From Nemertoderma westbladi (lineage: Eukaryota > Animalia > Xenacoelomorpha), in the NCBI GenBank assembly GCA_032718475.1, contig JAUCBJ010002200.1, positions 1 through 64,000 of the forward strand: a stretch of 64,000 bases of DNA. The letters run 5' to 3'. The position numbers and the translations under genes were made by a program. The number at the start of each line of letters is the position of its first letter. Within the stretch, counting starts at the first letter, position 1. The notes under the pieces were generated by a model. The model had not been told where the DNA came from, searched no databases, and was given only the letters and a program-made list of their open reading frames with translations. Shown here piece after piece: positions 58,960 through 64,000 of this stretch.

Positions 58960-60236
58960 TGTAGCTGAATAACGACACTATATTCCAGGAAATGGTGTAC
59001 TACTGTACTGTAATCAGGTAGGTGTATAACAACGAGTGTAATATGAAGACTGACAGGACATTGGGAATTAACAGTTATTACATATATCCAATGACTTTTA
59101 GACAAACTGACCAATCAGACAATGAAAAAGCTTTTGCGGACATAACAAGTCATTTTTACGCAATGCGCAGAATACTCTAAAATAGCCCTAAAATTGTTCA
59201 ACTACGCGTCGGACAGAAATTAGAACCAAGATGACGAAATCTGTCAGCTGATTCTTTGTGTACGTGGAGATTCCTTTGTTGAGCTTATTCAGCCAATCAG
59301 AGCAATCTTCCCAGTTATGCCAGTAGAGACCTACCTGAGGAAACTAGCGCATGCGCAGTTATCGTTTTTCTGAGAATTAGATTCCTCTCAGAATTCTGTA
59401 CTAAGTACGGACGTTTCAGACTTTAGCCCAAGAACATCTGATGGCTGGAGTTATAAGGACGTAAATCTATTAACAAACCATACGCACGTCGTACGACGCA
59501 TTGCACTAAACATAACTCACCTGGAACACATACTGACTGTTCACCGCACTGTTTTAATGCTGTTTTATATTGTGTTAATTGCTGTTTATATTAATGGATG
59601 TTATATTTGGAGAATACCGATAAATAATTGTAAACCCCTCAATCTTCTTGATTACTGAGGTAAGCGGAGGAAGAGTCTACCGGTAGCAACTGTGACTCAA
59701 ATTATAGTGGTTTTTGTGTGAATTAAATGCTATTTCATAATCCCTACGTGTGTCAGTTGCAATCCTCCTTATATATGATCAAAATCAGTGACGGTCGGCA
59801 AATTAGTGTGAATTAGTGTAAATTAGTGTGAAGTAGTGTGAAGTCGTATGAAGGTTAATAAAGCATCTCCTAAAGAATGCACTATTTACGAAACTCAGTG
59901 GCCATTTAGTTGTGATTAGTGTAAGTCATAACTCTGTTTTATACTTAAAGCACCACATCCCAAAGGAACTGTTAATATTTCCCCGAAAGTAAATATAGTT
60001 GTCAGAGATTATATAGTAGCAATCAATCGAATAATACAAAGTAGCCTACACCGCAATAACTTCCTCTGGAACCCGAATCCAGTCTCCCACACCGTGGGTC
60101 ATACGCCGCGCATGGACTGGCTTCGGCAGATGTAAATTCAGTACACCAGGTAATTGGTACGGGCAAAGTCTATTCATAATTAAAAGGATATTTAAAATTG
60201 GCAGGTTAAACTGCTAAAGGTCTAAAAGCGCGAACA
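58960..60236 (+). repeat. 5' LTR of second BEL/Pao element
   Basis: U5 half is clearly homologous to the LTRs of element 1 and the CA end at 60236 is firm; the start is approximate. Confidence 0.7.
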
Positions 60237-62000
60237 TTAATAGATTTAGATTCTTTATTGCCCAGTAGGCAATAAAACCCAAAACGGACCGGTAGGATGG
60301 TAAACTGTAGGCTTGATCCGAACCGGTACTTACAGGTACAACAGTATTAGTTCGATTGTGATAATTATATACCGGTAGGTCTTAATATTTAATCGGGGAC
60401 TGCAGTCCTGGTTTTTATTGGGATTTTACTTATTTCTGTCAGTTTTATTTATCGGTAAGTGTAATATTGAGCAGAAGGCGTGTAAGCCTGCTCAGATTGT
60501 ATAAATAATTTGTAGGCCGGATTGTTGTCTAACTGTTGTTAGGTCTGAGGCGATTGCAGTGTATGTAGAGTGTCTGTCCGATAAAGTGCTAGTTAGGAGG
60601 GTGGAGGCATCCAGTGTTGTAAGGTAAATCCCCCACGAAAGAATAAGTCGTACTACGTAGTTAGAACGCTAACTAACTAACCATTTCGGAGATTGCATAT
60701 ACTGTAATTTATTTAGGCTTGACAGTAGTCTGCCAGCATTTGGTCTGTGTTTTGTTTGAATAGTCTGTACGGGTAGCGTAATATTTATTATTCAGAATTT
60801 TTGTAAGTATTTGGAACCTTCATCTCCCCAAGTTTATCCCTTACAGTAATTATGCTTGTTATGCATACTGTTATAGTTAAATTAACCCCGGTACTACTTC
60901 AGGACTGCTTGGCGTAGGACAGACTGGTGATTTTGTGCTCCAGTCACTCGAGCAGATACCGTGGTTCTTTTGGCTGTTCATGTATATTTAACTGCTAGTT
61001 ATATGTTGTATAAGCACTTGTACCTAATTTAGGGTTTAGAGTACAGTGCTTTCCTGAAAGTAATTTAGTGTGTAGGCAGTATATTTGTGTTGTAACGTGG
61101 TTAATAGGTCCGTTAGCTCTGGTTGGCTTCGATAATTAACCTCTAGGTATAGGACACTCCGGGTACATAATGTAGTTCTTATAGTTTAAGACTATAAGCC
61201 GTCAGACGGTGGCATTTCCTTATCTGGACAACGCAACATACTTAATACTACTTTATTGGTTTCAAATACTGTAATTTCCTGTCAGTTTGTAAGAACCAGA
61301 AATTCTAACTCCTTGTTAGTCTGGTTCGTAAATTTCTTGTAAAATTACCCTAAAAATTGTACGTGTAACTTGTTTATTGTTTATTTAGAGATTGTGTAAT
61401 CTCAACCCGATATGTAAGTAATTTGTAGTGATAAGTAACTTAGTTAAGTAGAATTATCAGTATTAGTGTCTAATAAGTAGCACTCCACTGAGAGCGTTTA
61501 GCTTCTGTGTAGTGACTTCTTATACAGAAATAATAACATTTATTTCAAATATTGTCAAAACCCATTACGGGTATATATATATATATTTATAAATCATCTC
61601 AATCAGATTTATAAATTAATAGGCCTGTTATACATCAATTAGGTCTTAATATCAGTTGAACTACTGCTTAATATCAGTAATAAAGTAAAAGGGAAGTAAT
61701 CCCTAAAATTTGGATAATCAGTTATTATTAAATAATTGACATTACCGGTGTTTACGGTAAGCTTATTATATTTATATAAATTAGGCTAAGCTTATATACC
61801 GGTATTCTGTGACTGATCCTAGCTGTAATAATACTGATATATATACTATAGGTGTATACTGGTATTCTAATATTAAGATATATACCACGTTACATTGAGT
61901 AGCGATATCGGTAACTACTAGACTGACAGTTGATACTGATTTCCCCTAGACTTTCTTTAACTGTCATTATAGTAGTAGGCATTCAACTGTAAAATAAATT

Positions 62001-64000
62001 ATGTCTGACATAAAACAAACACTGTCAGATAGTCTCTTAGAAAGAACGATCTGTAACCCAGATCAAAGTATGGAACATCCCAGACCTGAATTCTAAATCC
62101 CCTCCTACTGTAAGAAAGGTTATCCCTACAGTAGTGGTATCGGACCCTAGGCTAGTAAAGCACCATAGGTCTATTATAGGCACTAGGGCTCAAATTAAGC
62201 GAGACCAAGCGATGGCTGTAAAACAGCAACAGTGCCCGAACCGAGAACTTATTTCTCAACTGCGTAGTAACTCTAGTTCTGACACCGACGAGTTAATGCC
62301 TGAGATTGGGACAAGGATGAAAGAAGCGGTTTATCCAGCCTCACTTCTAATTCTTCCCGGGGCCGTACTCACTAGAGTACTTATAGCTGTAGAAGAACAT
62401 CAAGCAGATTGGATAAGAAATAAGAGATCGACCAGGGACAGTTACGCGGGATACCCGATGGAAGAACTAAGGTCTATTGTAGAGACTCAATGGAACTTCC
62501 CCGGACCCAGACTCCCGTTTAACTTATCGGAAGCTGCCTGGGAAGACTTATACCAGATGGGGGTAGTGATGGACACCCGAGATCGCGCTGTATAGAAGAG
62601 GTCAGCAGCAGGATATGTCCAGGGATTCTTCAACTCCTTGGAACGACTAGAACCACATTTATTTCAACAAACACAAGGACCTCAAGAGCAGGGAGAGCTG
62701 CTTTACCAAGTGAGAGAACGTATCTTGAGGATCAGATTAATCCTTTCAGCCTTTGAAGAGGCCTTGAAGAGAAGTCAAGACATGTCGTTGCAGGTGGCTG
62801 TAAAGACTTGGTTCCAATGAGTGAATGTTAAAGTCCAGGAAACAACATAATGGAGGGTTCAGCTAACTGAACGCATAACCCACGGAGAATCAACTGATGC
62901 AACCTTTTCTCATTTGGAAGGCGATGCAGTATCTGAAAAACCTAAGAAGAAGGATGCTTTTGACATCTATCTGTCGGATTATCAACGATTTATAGGTGAC
63001 AAAGAGCTAAGGAGACGGCTAGCTGGACTTCACCCCAATAGTGAAGGAGCCAAATTTATTTTGGACTCTTTAGATGCGGAGATATTAGCCGCGGAGCAGG
63101 CTAAATTTGATGAAAGCATTCTCATCGCAATGGACAAAGAAGAACAAATAAAGAAAAAACAGATGGAAGACCGAAAGGTAGCAGCAGCAGCGGCAGAGGC
63201 TGAAAGAAAAGAGGCAGCGGCAGCAGCAGAAGCTGAAAGAAAAGCGGCAGCGGCGGCGGCAGTGGCAGAAGCTGAAAGAAAAGCGGCAGCAGCAGCGGCA
63301 GTGGCAGAAGCAGAATGGAAGGCATCTGAAGCGACAGTCCAACTAGAGTTGGAGAACCTTCAGGTGAAACAAGATTACTTAAATAAACAAAGAGCAGCTA
63401 CTCAGATGCAACTACTGAGTCGATCTACTCCCAGAAGACAGGGATTTACCTCCTCCGATGAAGGTGATACAACTGATCCCGAGGGTAAAAGTAATAAATC
63501 TCGTTCAAACGGATGTAGAAGAGCGCCCCACCGGTATAAGTTGCCTAACTTACCCCCTGCGGTGAGAAGGGAGCTAGATAGTGTAGATCGAGAGCCAACA
63601 GCCCAAATTATAAGAGAAGAAATACTACCTACTATAGTAGATGAGCCAGAAATAATTAGGCCTGTTAGCGAAGCCACTCCCTTGACTCCATTGACTTACC
63701 TTTTAATGAATATTACAAAGATAACATACAGAACTCCGTACTATCCAGCAGAGAGAAACTATGATTCCTCATTGAGTGCTTGGAAGGACCTCCCAAGTTA
63801 ATGGCGTTAAAGTTTATTGGACATCCAGATGGATTGAGACAAGTTTGGGATACGCTAAACATCAGGTATGGTAATAGGACTAACATAGCTAGAAATCTGT
63901 AAGATTACAGCTCCTAAAACAGTCTAGAGAGAAGACACCAGAAAATAAGGTAAGTGAAAAACCCGTCACTAGGAGAAAGGTAACACCAGTGTGTTATACA
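62001..64000 (+). pseudogene. Disrupted gag of second BEL/Pao element
   Basis: ATG 62001 MSDIKQTLSDS (cf. MSDTKQNLSDS). Several in-frame stops and two internal deletions (~63690, ~63910) relative to element 1. Confidence 0.9.

Larger units (their letters stand above)
58960..64000 (+). mobile_element. Second, decayed BEL/Pao element related to the first, truncated by the window edge
   Basis: LTR 3' end ...AAAGGTCTAAAAGCGCGAACA (60236) matches the first element. The leader and gag are homologous. The left boundary (TG at 58960) is inferred. Confidence 0.88.

Overview
AT-rich, repeat-dense animal (probably invertebrate) genomic DNA. The main host gene is POLR3F/RPC6, the RNA polymerase III subunit C34 (minus strand, 5 exons, 42374->9329, 326 aa reconstructed by hand). 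Its third intron is about 30.3 kb. Roughly 12 kb of it is a 37-bp minisatellite made of copies of the gene's own exon-3/5' splice-site junction, and a recent 16-kb BEL/Pao LTR retrotransposon has inserted into that array. A second, decayed relative of the element starts near 58960 on the plus strand. Neither element has a tRNA primer-binding site. In each, the 12 nt after the 5' LTR are perfectly complementary to a 12-mer inside the LTR, with three compensatory changes between the two elements, which suggests self-priming. At 53157-54210 two near-identical 379-bp direct repeats each carry a hammerhead ribozyme core with its strands in a non-circularly permuted (pseudoknotted) order. They lie just downstream of a decayed DEDDy-exonuclease/zinc-knuckle ORF. 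The window also holds an intronless GT31 beta-1,3-galactosyltransferase-like gene, a 46-bp and a G-rich satellite, MITE/foldback elements, and Gypsy and LINE fragments. All calls come from manual reading; no searches or folding computations were run.
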